Shown in pieces: positions 16,101-29,730 of a DNA stretch of 64,000 nucleotides. Made by a program: the position numbers and the translations under genes. The stretch comes from Eledone cirrhosa (lineage: Eukaryota). How positions within the stretch are numbered: position 1 is the first letter of the stretch; each line of letters begins with the position of its first letter. Location: positions 29,636,001 to 29,700,000 of the forward strand of contig OZ024740.1 in the NCBI GenBank assembly GCA_964016885.1, in the 5' to 3' direction. The notes beneath the pieces were generated by a model that did no database searches, was not told where the DNA came from, and saw only the letters and a program-made list of their open reading frames with translations.

Positions 16101-19100
16101 CGCTGCCTTAGTGTCTCTGTGACATAGTACAGACACAGCCCAAACTTCTGCCTCAGGGTCCCTGTGACATAGTACAGGTACAGCCCAAACCTCTGCCTTA
16201 TTGTCCCTGTGACATAGTACAGACACAGCTCAAACATCTGCCGTAGGGTCCCAGTGACTTAGTACAGACACAGCACAACCCTCTGCCTTAGAGTCCCTGT
16301 GACATAGTACAGACACAGAGCAAACCTCTGCCCTAGTGTCCCTGTGACATAGTACAGACGCAGCCCAAACCTCTGCCTCCGTGTCCCTGTGACATAGTAC
16401 AGACACAGCCCAAACCACTGCCTTAGTGTCTCTGTGACATAGTACAGACACAGCCCAAACTTCTGCCTTAGTGTCCCTGTGACATAGTACAGATACAGCC
16501 CAAACCTCTGCCTTAGTGTCCCTGTGACATAGTACAGACACAGCCCAAACCTCTGCGGTAGGGTCCCTGTGACTTAGTACAGACACAGCACAAAGCTCTG
16601 CCTTAGAGTCCCTGTGAGATAGTACAGACACAGCCTAAACATCTGCCTTAGTGTCCCTGTGACATAGTTCAGACCCAGCCTAAACATCTGCCTTAGCGTC
16701 CCTGTCACATAGTACAGACGAAGCCCAAAACTCTGCCTTAGTGTCCCTGTGACATAGTACAGACACAGCCCAAACCTCTGCCTTAGTGTCCCTGTGACAT
16801 AGTACAAACACAGCCCAATCTTCTGCCTTATGGTCCCTGTGACATATTACTGACACAGCCCAAAACTCTGCCTTTGGTTCCCTCTGACATAGTACAGACA
16901 CAGCCCAAACCTCTTCCTTAGGGTCCCTGTGACATAGTACAGCCACGGCCCAAAACTCTGCCTTAGTGTCCCTGTGACATGGTACAGACACAGCCCAAAC
17001 CTCTGCTTCAGGGTCCCTGTCACATAGTATATACACAGCCCAAGCCTCTGCCTTAGTGTCCCTTTGACATAGTACAGACACAGCCAAACCTCTGCCTTAG
17101 GGTCCCTGTGACTTAGTACAGACCCAGTCCAAAACTCTGCCTTAGGGTCCCTGTGACGTAGTACAGACACAGACCAAACCTCTGCCCTAGCGTCCCTGTG
17201 ACATAGTACAGACACAGCCGAAAACTCTGCCTTAGTGTCCATGTGACATAGTACAGACACTGCCTAAACATCTGCCTTAGGTTCCCTGTGACTTAGTACA
17301 GACACGGCCCAAACATCTGCCTTAGGGTCCCTGTGACATAGTATAGACACAGCCCAAACCTCTGCCTTAGTGTCCCTATGACATAGTACAGACAGCCCAA
17401 AACTCCGGCTTAGGTTTCCTGTGACATAGTACAGACGCAGCCCAAAACTCTGCCTTAGTGTCCCTATGACATAGTACAGACACAGCCCAAACCACTGCCT
17501 TAGTTTCGCTGTGTCATAGTTCAGACACAGCCCAAACCTCTTCCATAGGGTGCCTGTGACATAGTACAGACACAGACCAAAACTCTGCCTTAGGGTCCCT
17601 GAGACATAGTACAGACACAACCCAAAACTCTGCCTTATGGTTCCTGTCATATAGTACAGACACAGCCCAAACCACTGCCTTAGGGTCCCTGTGTCATAGT
17701 ACAGACACAGCCCAAAACTCTGCCTTAGTTTCCCTGTGACATAGTACAGACACAGCCCAAACATCTGCCTTAGGTTCCCTCTGACATAGTACAGACACAG
17801 CCCAAAACTCTGCCTTAGGTTCCCTGTGACATAGTACAGACACAACCCAAAACTCTGCATTAGGGTCCCTGTCACATATTACAGATACAGACCAAACCTC
17901 TTCCCTAGTGTCCCTGTGACATAGTACAGACACATCCCAAAACTCTGCCTTAGTGTCCCTGTCACATAATACAGACACAGCCCAAACCTCTGCCATAGTG
18001 TCCCTGTCACTTCGTACAGACACAGCCCAAACATCTGCCTTAGGTTCCATGTGACATAGTACAGACACGGCCTAAAACTCCGCCTTAGTGTCCCTGTGAA
18101 TTAGTACTGACACAGCCCAAACCTCTGCTTAGGGTCCCTGTGACATAGTACAGACACATCCCAAACCTCTGCCTTAGGGTCCCTGTGACATAGTACAGAC
18201 ACAGCCCAAACCTCTGCCATAGTGTCCCTGTCACATTGTACAGACACAACCCAAACATCTGCCTTAGGTTCCATGTGACATAGTACAGACACAGCCTAAA
18301 CATCTGCTTTAGGTTTCCTGTGACTTAGTACAGACACGGCCCAAACCTCTGCCTTAGGGTCCCTGTGACATAGTACAGACACAGCCCAAACCTCTGCCTT
18401 AGGGTCCCTGTGACATAATACAGACACAGCCCAAACCTCTGCCTTAGTGTCCCTGTGAAATAGTACAGACACAGCCCAAACCTCTGCCTTAGTGTCCCTG
18501 TGATATAGTACGGACAGCCCAAAACTCTGCCTTAGTGTCCCTATGACATAATACAGACACAGCCCAAACCACTGCCTTAGGTTCGCTGTGTCATAGTATA
18601 GACACAGCCCAAACCTCTGCCATACTGTCCCTGTGACATAGTACAGACACAGACCAAAACTCTGCCTTAGGGTCCCTTTGTCATAGTACAGACACAACCC
18701 AAAACTCTGCCTTATGGTCCCTGTCATATAGTACAGACACAGCCCAAAACTCTGCCTTAGTGTCCCTGTGACATAGTACAGACACAACCCAAACATCTGC
18801 CTTAGGTTCCATGTGACATAGTACAGACACAGCCTAAACATCTGCCTTAGGTTTCCTGTGACTTAGTACAGACACGGCCCAAACCTCTGCCTTAGTGTCC
18901 CTCTGATATATTAAAGACACAGCCCAAACCTCTGCCTTAGGGATACTGTGACATAGTACAGACACAGCCCAAACCTCTGCCTTAGGGTCCCTGTGAAATA
19001 GTACAGACACAGCACAGACCTCTGCCTTAGGGTCCCTGTCACATAGTACAGACACAGCCCAAACCTCCGCCTTAGGGATACTGTGACATAGTACAGACAC

Positions 19101-21285
19101 AGCCCAAACCTCTGCCTCAGGGACCCTGTGACATAGTACAGACACAGCCCAAACCACTGCCTTAGGGTCCCTGTGACATAGTACAGACACAGCCCAAACC
19201 TCTGCCTTAGGGTCCCTGTGACATAGTACAGACACCGCCCAAAACTCTGCCTTAGTGTCCCTGTGACATGGTACAGACACAGCCCAAACCTCTGCTTTAG
19301 GGTCCCTGTCACATAGTATATACACAGCCCAAACCTCTGTCTTAGTGTCTCTGTGACATAGTACAGACACAGCCCAAACCTCTGCCTTAGGCTCCCTGTG
19401 ACTTACTACAGACACAGCCCAAACATCTGCCTTAGGTTCCCTGTGAGATGGTACAGACACAGCCCAAACCTCTGCCTTAGGTTCCCTCTGACATGGTACA
19501 GACACAGCCCAAACCACTGCCCTAGTGTCCCTGTGACATAGTACAGACACAGCCCAAACCACTGCCCTAGTGTCCCTGCGACATATTACAGACACAGACC
19601 AAACCTCTGCCCTAGTCTCCCTGTGACATAGTACAGACACAGCCCAAACCTCTGCCTTAGGTTCCCTGTGACATAGTACAGACACAGCCCAAACATCTGC
19701 CTTAGGTTCCCTGTGACATAGTACAGACACAGCCCAAACCTCTGCCTTAGGTTCCCTGTAACATAGTACAGACACAGCCCAAAACTCTGCCTTAGGGTCC
19801 CTGTTACATAGTACAGACACAGCCCCAACCTCTGCCTTAATGTCCCTGTGACATAGTACAGACTCAGCCCAAACCTCTGCCTTAGGGTCACTGTGATTTA
19901 GTACAGACACAGCCAAAAACTCTGCCTTAGTGTCCCTGTGACATAGTACAGACCCAGCCCAAACCTCTGCTTTATGGATACTGTGACATAGTACAGACAT
20001 AGCCCAAACCTCTGCCTTAGGTTCCCTGTGACATAGTACAGACACATCCCAAACCTCTGCCTTAGGCTCCCTGTGACATAGTACAGACATAGCCCAAACC
20101 TCTGCCTTAGGTTCTCTGTGACATAGTACAGACTCAGCCCAAACCTCTGCTGTAGGGTCCCTGTGACATAGTAAAGACACAGCCCAAACCGCTGCCTTAG
20201 TGTCTCTGTGACATAGTACAGACACAGCCCAAACTTCTGCCTCAGGGTCCCTGTGACATAGTACAGGTACAGCCCAAACCTCTGCCTTATTGTCCCTGTG
20301 ACATAGTACAGACACAGCTCAAACATCTGCCGTAGGGTCCCAGTGACTTAGTACAGACACAGCACAACCCTCTGCCTTAGAGTCCCTGTGACATAGTACA
20401 GACACAGAGCAAACCTCTGCCCTAGTGTCCCTGTGACATAGTACAGACGCAGCCCAAACCTCTGCCTCCGTGTCCCTGTGACATAGTACAGACACAGCCC
20501 AAACCACTGCCTTAGTGTCTCTGTGACATAGTACAGACACAGCCCAAACCTCTGCCTTAGTGTCCCTGTGACATAGTACAGATACAGCCCAAACCTCTGC
20601 CTTAGTGTCCCTGTGACATAGTACAGACACAGCCCAAACCTCTGCGGTAGGGTCCCTGTGACTTAGTACAGACACAGCACAAAGCTCTGCCTTAGAGTCC
20701 CTGTGAGATAGTACAGACACAGCCTAAACATCTGCCTTAGTGTCCCTGTGACATAGTTCAGACCCAGCCTAAACATCTGCCTTAGCGTCCCTGTCACATA
20801 GTACAGACGAAGCCCAAAACTCTGCCTTAGTGTCCCTGTGACATAGTACAGACACAGCCCAAACCTCTGCCTTAGTGTCCCTGTGACATAGTACAAACAC
20901 AGCCCAATCTTCTGCCTTATGGTCCCTGTGACATATTACTGACACAGCCCAAAACTCTGCCTTTGGTTCCCTCTGACATAGTACAGACACAGCCCAAACC
21001 TCTTCCTTAGGGTCCCTGTGACATAGTACAGCCACGGCCCAAAACTCTGCCTTAGTGTCCCTGTGACATGGTACAGACACAGCCCAAACCTCTGCTTCAG
21101 GGTCCCTGTCACATAGTATATACACAGCCCAAGCCTCTGCCTTAGTGTCCCTTTGACATAGTACAGACACAGCCAAACCTCTGCCTTAGGGTCCCTGTGA
21201 CTTAGTACAGACCCAGTCCAAAACTCTGCCTTAGGGTCCCTGTGACGTAGTACAGACACAGACCAAACCTCTGCCCTAGCGTCCA
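13110..21285. repeat. Higher-order repeat, two near-identical copies of 4089 bp (about 91 monomers)
   Basis: Every ORF recurs at +4089 (13175->17264, 14745->18834, 16230->20319) with only isolated substitutions. Confidence 0.92.
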
Positions 21286-24101
21286 TGTGAGATATTACAG
21301 ACACAGCACAAACCTCTGCCTAACGGTCCCTCTGAAATAGTACAGACGCAGCCCAAACCTCTGCCTTTGTGTCCCTGTGACATAGATCAGACACAGCTCA
21401 AACCACTGCCTTAGTGTCCCTGTGACATAGTACAGACACAGCCCAAACCTCTGCCTTAGGGTCCCTGTGACATAGTACAGACATAGCCCAAACCTCTGCC
21501 TTAGGTTCCCTGTGACATAGTACAGACACAGCCTAAACCTCTGACGTAGGGTCCCTGTGACTTAGTACAGACACAGCCCAAACCTCTGCCGTAGGGTCCC
21601 TGTGACATAGTACAGACACAGCCCAAACCTCTGCGGTAGGGTCCCGGCGACTTAGTACAGACACAGCACAAACCTCTGCCTTAGGGTCCATGTGACATAG
21701 TACAGACACAGCCCAAACCTCTGCCTTAGTGTCCCTATGACATAGTAAAGACACAGCCTAAACATCTGCCTTAGGGTCCATGTGACATAGTACAGACAGC
21801 CCAAACCTCTGCTTTAGAGATACAGTGACATAGTACAGACACATCCCAAACCTCTGCGGTAGGGTCCCGGCGACTTAGTACAGACACAGCACAAACCTCT
21901 GCCTTAGGGTCCATGTGACATAGTACAGACACAGCCCAAACCTCTGCCTTAGTGTCCCTATGACATAGTACAGACACAGCCTAAACATCTGCCTTAGGGT
22001 CCCTGTGACATAGTACAGACCCAGCATAAACATCTGCCTTAGCGTCCCTGTGACATAGTACAGACGCAGCCCAAAACTCTGCCTTAGAGTCCCTGTGACA
22101 TAGTACAGACACAGCCCAAACCTCTTCCTTAGTGTCCCTGTGACATAGTACAGACACAGCCCAAACCTCTGCCTTAGTGTCCCTGTGACATAGTACAAAC
22201 ATAGCCCAAACTTCTGCCTTATGGTCTCTGTGACATATTACAGACACAGCCCAAATCTCCGCCTTAGGGTCCCTGTGACATAGTACAGACACAGCCCAAA
22301 ACTCTGCCTTAGTGTCCCTGTGACATAGTACAGACACAGCCCAACCCTCTGCCTTAGTGTCCCTGTTACATAGTACAGACACAGCCCTAATCTCTGCCTT
22401 AGAGTCCCTATGACAGAGTACAGACACAGCCCAAACCTCTACCTTAGTGTCCCTGTGACATAGTACAGACACAGCTTAAAGATCTGCCTTAGTGTCCCTG
22501 TGACATAGTACAGAAACGGCCCAAACGTCTGCCTTAGTGTCCCTATGACATAGTACAGACACAGCCTAAACATCTGCCTTAGGGTCCCTGTGACATAGTA
22601 CAGGCACAGCCCAAACCTCTGCCTTAGGGATACTGTGACATAGTACAGACACAGCCCAAACCTCTGCCTTAGTATCCTTATGACATAGTACAGACACAGC
22701 CCAAACCTCTGTCTTAGGAATACTGTGACATAGTACAGACACAGCCCAACCCACTGCCATAGTGTCCCTATGACATAGTAGAGATACAGCCTAAACATCT
22801 GCCTTAGGGTTCCTGTGACATAGTACAAACACAGCCTAAACATCTGCCTTAGCGTCCCTGTGACATGGTACAGACAGCCCAAAACTCTGCCTTAGGTTCC
22901 CTGTGACATAGTACAGACACAGCCCAACCTCTTCCTTAGTGTCCCTGTTACATAGTACAGACACAGCCCTAATCTCTGCCTTAGAGTCCCTATGACATAG
23001 TACAGACACAGCCCAAACCTCTGCCTTGGGTGCCCTGTGACATAGTACAGACACGGCCCAAAACTCTGCCTTAGTTTCCCTGTGACATGGTCCAGACACA
23101 GCCCAAACATCTGCCGTAGTGTCCCTGTGACATAGTACAGACACAGCACAAAACTCTGCCTTTGTGTCCCTGTGACATAGTACAGACACAGCCCAAACCT
23201 CTGCCTTAGGGTCCCTGTGACATAGTACAGACACAGCCCAAACCTATGCGTTAGTGTCCCTGTGACATAGTACAGACACAGCCCCAAACTGCGCACTAGG
23301 TTCCCTGTGACATAGTACAGACACAGCCCAAAACTCTGCCTTAGTGTCCCTGGGACATAGTACAGACACAGCCCAAACCTCTGCCTTAGGGTCCCTGTGA
23401 CATAGTACAGACATAGCCCAAACCTCTGCCGTAGGGTCCCTGTGACATAGTACAGACATAGCACAAACACCTGCCTTAGGGTCCCTGTGACATAGTACAG
23501 ACACAACACAAACCTCTGCCGTAAGGTCCCTGTGACTTAGTACAGACACAGCCCAACACCTCTGCCGTAGGTTCCCTGTGACATAGTACAGACACAGCCC
23601 AAACCACTGCATTAGTGTCACTGTGATATAGTACAGACACAGCCCAAACTTCTGCCTTAGGGTCCCTGTGACATAGTACAGACGCAGCCCAAACCTCTGC
23701 CATAGAGTCCCTGTGACATAGTACAGACACAACCCAAACCTCTGCCTAATGGATACTGTGACATAGTACAGACACAGCCCAAACCTCTGCCTTAGTGTCC
23801 CTATGACATAGTAAAGACACAGCCTAAACATCTGCCTTAGGATCCCTGTGACATAGTACAGACACAGCCCAAACATCTGCCTTAGGGATACTGTGACATA
23901 GTACAGACAGCCCAATTCTCAGCCTTAGTGTCCCTGTGACATAGTACAGACACAGCCCAAACCTCTGCCTTAGGGTCGTTCTGACATAGTACAGACACAG
24001 TCCAAACCTCTGCCTTAGGGTCCCTGTAACTTAGTACAGACTCAGCCCAAACCTCTGCCTTAGGGTCCTTTTGACATAGTACAGACACAGCCAGCCCAAA
24101 C

Positions 24102-25644
24102 AATGAAAAAATTGAAAAAAATCAAAAAATGGAAGAACGAAAAAATGAAAAATTTTTAAAATGAAAAAACCGAAAAAAATCTAAAAAAATTGAAAAATCG
24201 AAAAAATGAAAAAATGAAGAAATGAAACAATGAAAAAATCGAAAAAATTCGAAAATTCTAAAAAATCGAAAAAAATCGAAAAAATCGTAAAAAATCGAAA
24301 AAATGAAAAAATGCAACAATGAAAAAATTGAAAAAATTCGAAAAAACCGAGAAATTAAAAATGAAAAATTGAAACAATGAAATAATCGAAAAAATTCGAA
24401 AAAATCTAAAAAATTCGAAAAATCTAAAAAATGATAAAATGAAAAAATGAAAAATCAAGAAAAATTTGAAAAAAATCGAAGAAATGAAAAAGTGAAAAAA
24501 TGAAACAATGAAAAAATCGAAAAAAAATCGAAAAATCGAAAAAATAAAATAATCGAAAAATTTAAAAATCGAAAAAATCGAAAAAAAATCGAAAAAATCG
24601 AAAAATCGAAAGATTCGAAAAAACGAAAAAATCGAAAAACATCGAAAACATCGAAAAAATTCGAAAAATCGAATAAAATGAAAAAATGAAACAATGAAAA
24701 AATTGAAAAAAATCGAATAAAATAGAAAAAATCGAAAAAATTCGAAAAAATCAAATAAAAATCAAAAAATCGAAAAAATGAAACAATGAAACAATGAAAA
24801 AACCGAGAAAAATCGAAAATTCGAACAAATGAAAAAATTAAAAATTAAAAAAATTCGAAAAATCGGAAAAATCGAAAAATCGAAAAAATGAAAAAATGAT
24901 ACAATGAAAAAATTGGAAAAAAATCGAAAAAAATCGAAAAAATGGAAAAATTTAAAAAAAATAAAAATATCGAAAAAATGAAAAAATGAAACAATGAAAA
25001 AATCGAAAAAAATCGAAAATTCGAAAAAATGAAAAAATGAAAAATTAAAAAAATAAAAAAATTGAGAAAAATCGAACAAAATCGACAAAATGAGAAAATG
25101 AAAAAATGATACGACAAAATCGAAAAAAATCGAAAAACCGAAAAAATCGAAAAAATTGAAAAATCGAAAAAATGAAAAAATGAAACAATGAAAGAATCGA
25201 AAAAAATCGAAAAATGGAAAAAATGAAACTGAAAGAATGAAACAATGAAAAAATCTAAAAAAATCTAAAAATGGAAAAACGAAAAAATGAAAAATTTTAA
25301 AAATGAAAAAATCGAAAAAAGTCTAAAAAAATCGAAAAATCGAAAAAATGAAAAAATGAAAAAATGAAACAATGAAAAAATCTTAAAAAATCGAAAGAAT
25401 CGAAAAAATTCGAAAAATCGAAAAAATCGGAAATCATCGAAAAAATCGAAAAAAAAATCGAAAAATCGAAAAAATGAAAAAATCGAAACAATGAAAAAAT
25501 CGGAAAAATTGAAAAAATCGAAAAAATTTGAAACTTCGATAAAATCGAAAAAAATCGAAAAAATCGTTAAAAATCGAAAAATCGAAAAAATGAAAAAATG
25601 CAACAATGAAAAAATTGAAAAAAATCGAAAATCAAAAAAATTCA
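24102..25644. repeat. A-tract island of degenerate 7-10 bp units (AAAAATCG, AAAAATG, AAACAATG) embedded in the satellite
   Basis: Abrupt compositional switch at both ends. A4-A7 runs are punctuated by TCG/TG, and the segment at about 24128 is repeated at about 25269. Confidence 0.93.
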
Positions 25645-26971
25645 ACACAACCCAAACCTCTGCCTTAGGGTCCCTGTGACATAATGCAGACACAGCCCAA
25701 ACCTCTGCCTTAAGGTCCCTCTGACAGAGTACAGACACAGCCCAAACCTCTGCCTTAGGGTCCCTATCACATAGTACAGACACAGCCCAAACCTCTGGCT
25801 TAGGATCCCTGTGACATAGTACAGACGCAGCCCAAACCTCTGCCATAGAGTCCCTGTGACATAGTACAGACACAGCCCAAACCTCTGCCTTAGGGTCCAT
25901 ATCACAGAGTACAGAGACAGCCCAAACCTCTACCTAAGCATACCTGTCACATAGTACAGACACAATCCAAACCTCTGCCTTAGGGTCCCTGTCACATAGT
26001 ACAGACACAGCCCAAACCTCTGCCTTAGTGTCCCTGTGACTTAGTACAGACACAGCCCAAACCTCTGCCTTAGGGTCGTTCTGACATAGTACAGACACAG
26101 CCCAAACCTCTGGCTTAGGGTCCCTGTGACATAGAACATACACAGCCCAAACCTCTGCCTTAGAGTCCTTGTGACATAGTACAGACACAGCCAGCCCAAA
26201 CCTCTGCCTTAGGGTCACTGTGACATAGTACAGACACAGCCCAATTCTCTGCCTTAGTGTCCCTGTGACTTAGTACAGACACAGCCCAAACCTCTGCCTT
26301 AGGGTCGTTCTGACATAGTACAGACACAGCCCAAACCTCTGGCTTAGGGTCCCTGTCACATAGTACAGACACAGCCCAAACCTCTGCCTTAGGGTCCCTG
26401 TCACATAGTAGAGACACAGCCCAAACCACTGCCTTAGGGTACCTATCACATAGTACAGAGACAGCCCAAACCTCTGCCTTAGCATACCTGTCACATAGTA
26501 TAGACACAGTCTAAACCTCTGCCTTAGGGTCCCTGTCACATAGTACAGACAGCCCAAACCTCTGCCTTAGGTTCCCTGTCACATAGTATATACACAGCCC
26601 AAACCTCTGCCTTAGGGTCCCTGTGACATAGTACAGACACAGCCTAAACATCTGCCTTAGGTTCCATGTGACATTGTACAGACACAGCCCAAACCTCTGC
26701 CTTAGGGACCCTGTGACATAGTACAGACACAGCCCAAACCTCTGCCTTAGTGGCCCTGTGACTTACTACATACACAGCCCAAACCTCTGCCTTAGGATCC
26801 CTGTCACATAGTACAGACACAGCCCAAACCTCTGGCTTAGGGTCCCTGTGACATAGTACAGACACAGCACAAACCTCTGCCTTACGGTTCCTGTGACTTA
26901 GTACACACACAGCCCAAACCTCTGCCTTAGAGTCCCTTTGACTTTGTACAGACAGCCCAAACATCTGCCTT
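25645..26971. repeat. 45-bp satellite resumes in the same orientation and ends
   Basis: Same consensus; last partial monomer CCCAAACATCTGCCTT at about 26956-26971. Confidence 0.97.
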
Positions 26972-28240
26972 TGTGGGGTGGTGGTATGGGCGTGTTGTGG
27001 TGTGGTGGAATGTTGGTGTGATGGTATGGTCGTGTGGTGGTATGATGGTATGGTTGTTTGATGGTAGGGTGGTATGTTGGTGTGGTTGTGTGGTGGAATG
27101 GCGGTTTGGTGGTATAGTGGTATGGTGGTTTCGTGGTGTGGTGGTATGATGGTGTGGTGGTTTGGTGGTGTGGTGGTATGGTTGTGATTGGTGGTATCGT
27201 GGTGTGATGGTGTGGTGGTATGGTGGTGTGATGGTTTGGTGGTATGGTGGAGTGGTGGTATGGTGGTGTGGTGGTGTGGTGGTATGATGGTGTGTTAGTG
27301 TGATGGTGTGGTGGTATGGTGGTATGGTGCTGTGGTGGTGTGGTGGTATGGTGGTGTGGTGGTATATTGGTGTGATGGTATGGTGGTGTAGTGTTTGGGG
27401 GTGTGGTGGTGTGGTGGTGTGGTGGTATAGTGGTGTGGTAGTTTGGTGGTGTAGTGGTATGGTGGTGTGGTGATGTGGTGGCATTGTAGTGTGGTGGTAT
27501 GGTTGTATAGTGGTATGGTAGTGTGGTGGTCTGGTTGTGTGGTGGTGAGGTGGTGAGGTGGTGTGGTGGTATGGTGTTATGGTGGTATGGCGGTGTGGTG
27601 GTGTGGTGGTTGGGTGGTGTGATGGTTTGGTGGTATGGTGGTATGGTGGTTTGGTGTTGTGGTGATATGGTGGTATGGTTGTGTGAAGGTGTAGTGGTAT
27701 GGTGGTGTGGTGATGTGGTGGTATGGTGGTTTGGCGGTGTGGTGGTGTGGTGGTTTGATGCTTTGGTGGTATGGTGGGCTGGTATGGTGGTATGATGGTT
27801 TGGCGGTGTGGTGGTATGGTGGTGCGGTGGTGTAGTGGTATGGTGGTGTGAATGTGTGGTGGTTTGGTGGTATAGCTGTGTGGTGGTGTGGTGGTATGGT
27901 GGTGTGGTGATGTGGTGGTATGGCGGTGTGGTGGTGTGGTGGTATGGTGGTGTGGTGGTATGGTGGTATGGTGGTATGGTGGTGTGGTGGTGTGGTTGTG
28001 TGGTGGTGTGGTGGTATAGCGGTGTTGTGATGTGGTGGTGGGTGGTGGTGTGGTGTTATGGTGGTGTGGTGGTGTGGTGATATGGTGGTGTGGTGGTATG
28101 GTGGTATAGCGGTATGGTGGTGTGGTGGTGTGGTGGTGTGGTGGTATGGTGGTATGGCGGTATGGTGGTGTGGTGGTGTGGTGGTGTGGTGGTATGGTTG
28201 TGTGGTGATGTGGTGGTATGGCGGTGTAGTAGTGGTGTGA
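26972..28240 (+). repeat. G-rich 8-mer repeat (GGTGGTGT/GGTGGTAT)n
   Basis: About 1.27 kb of degenerate GGTGGT(G/A)T units, almost devoid of C on the + strand. Confidence 0.93.
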
Positions 28241-28259
28241 TGTGTCTTTGATTGGTTAA

Positions 28260-29730
28260 TATAATGAGTGCGTGTGTGTATGCACGTGTGTGTGTGTATG
28301 TGTATGAGTATGTGTGTATGAATATATGTGTGTATGCGTGTGTATGTGTGTTTGTATGCTTGTGTGTGTATGTGTGTGTATCTCTGTACGTGCGTATGAA
28401 TGTGTATGTATGTGTGTATGTGTATATATATGTGTGGTGTGTGTATGTGTGTATATGTATATGTATGTGTGTGTATATATATATGTGGTGTGTATATGTA
28501 TGTATGTATGTATGTGTGTGGTGTGTATGTATGTGTGTGTATGTGTATGTATGTATGTGTATATATATATATGTGTCATATGTGTATATATGTGTATGTG
28601 TGGTGTGAGTGTGTATATGTATGTGTGTATATGTATGTGTATGTGTGTATATATATATATACATATATGTGTGTGTATGTGTATGTGTGTATATATATAT
28701 GTGTGGTGTGTGTATGTATGTGTGTGTGTGTATATATGTATATGTATGTGTGTATGTATATATATGTATGTGGTGTGTGTATGTAATTGTATGTGTGTAT
28801 ATGTACATATATGTGTGTGTAGGTGTATATGTATATGTGTATGTATATATATATGTGTGGAGTGTGTAATAAGTATGTATGTATATATGTATGCGTATTT
28901 ATATGTGTGTAAATGTGTGTATATGTGTGTATATGTGAATATGTGTGTATATGTGTATATATATGTATATATGTGTGTATATATGTGTGTATATGTGTGT
29001 ATATGTGTATATATATGTATATATGTGTGTATATATGTGTGTATATGTGTGTATATGTATGTATATGTCTATATGTGCGTATATGTGTGTATATGTATAT
29101 ATATATATATGTGTATATGTGTGTATATGTGTGTATATATATGTGTATATATGTGTGTATATATGTGTATTTGTGTGTATATGTGTATATATGTGTGTAT
29201 ATGTGTGTATATGTGTATATATGTGTATATATGTGTGTATATGTGTATATAGGTGTGTATGTGTGTGTATATATGTGTATATATGTGTGTATATCTGTGT
29301 ATATATGTATATATATATGTGTATATGTATATATACATATATATATATGTATATATATATATGTGTATATATATGTGTATGTGTGTATATATATGTATAT
29401 ATGTGTATATATATATGTATATATAAGTGTATATATATGTGTACATATATGTATATATGTGTATATATATGTGTATATATGTGTGTATATATGTGTACAT
29501 ATATGTATATATGTGTATATATATGTATATATGTATATATATATATGTGTATATATATGTATATATGTGTATATATATATGCATATATGGGTATATATAT
29601 ATGTGTATATATATGTATATATGTGTATATATATATGTATATATATATATGTATATATATGTATATATATATATGTATATATGTATATATATATGTATAT
29701 ATGTATATATATATATGTATATATATATAT
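28260..29730. repeat. Compound (TG)/(TATG)/(TA) microsatellite grading towards pure TA
   Basis: Alternating purine-pyrimidine sequence read directly. Confidence 0.95.

Larger units (their letters stand above)
1..24101. repeat. 45-bp tandem satellite array (consensus CACAGCCCAAACCTCTGCCTTAGGGTCCCTGTGACATAGTACAGA), runs off the left edge
   Basis: Continuous head-to-tail copies with recurrent variants (TTAGGG/TTAGTG/TTAGGT; 43-bp monomers lacking AC). The 15-aa periodicity of the minus-strand ORFs ([15 protein letters not shown]) confirms the 45-bp period. Confidence 0.98.

Noticed and set aside
1-26971. CRISPR array or repeat-protein gene
   Set aside because: There are no unique spacers and no cas genes. 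Frequent 1-2 bp indels switch frames freely, so the many Cys/Val-rich ORFs are satellite translations.
1-26971. RAG/Transib RSS-like signals suggested by CACAG and CAAACC
   Set aside because: No CACAGTG heptamer with a 12/23-bp spacer and ACAAAAACC nonamer.
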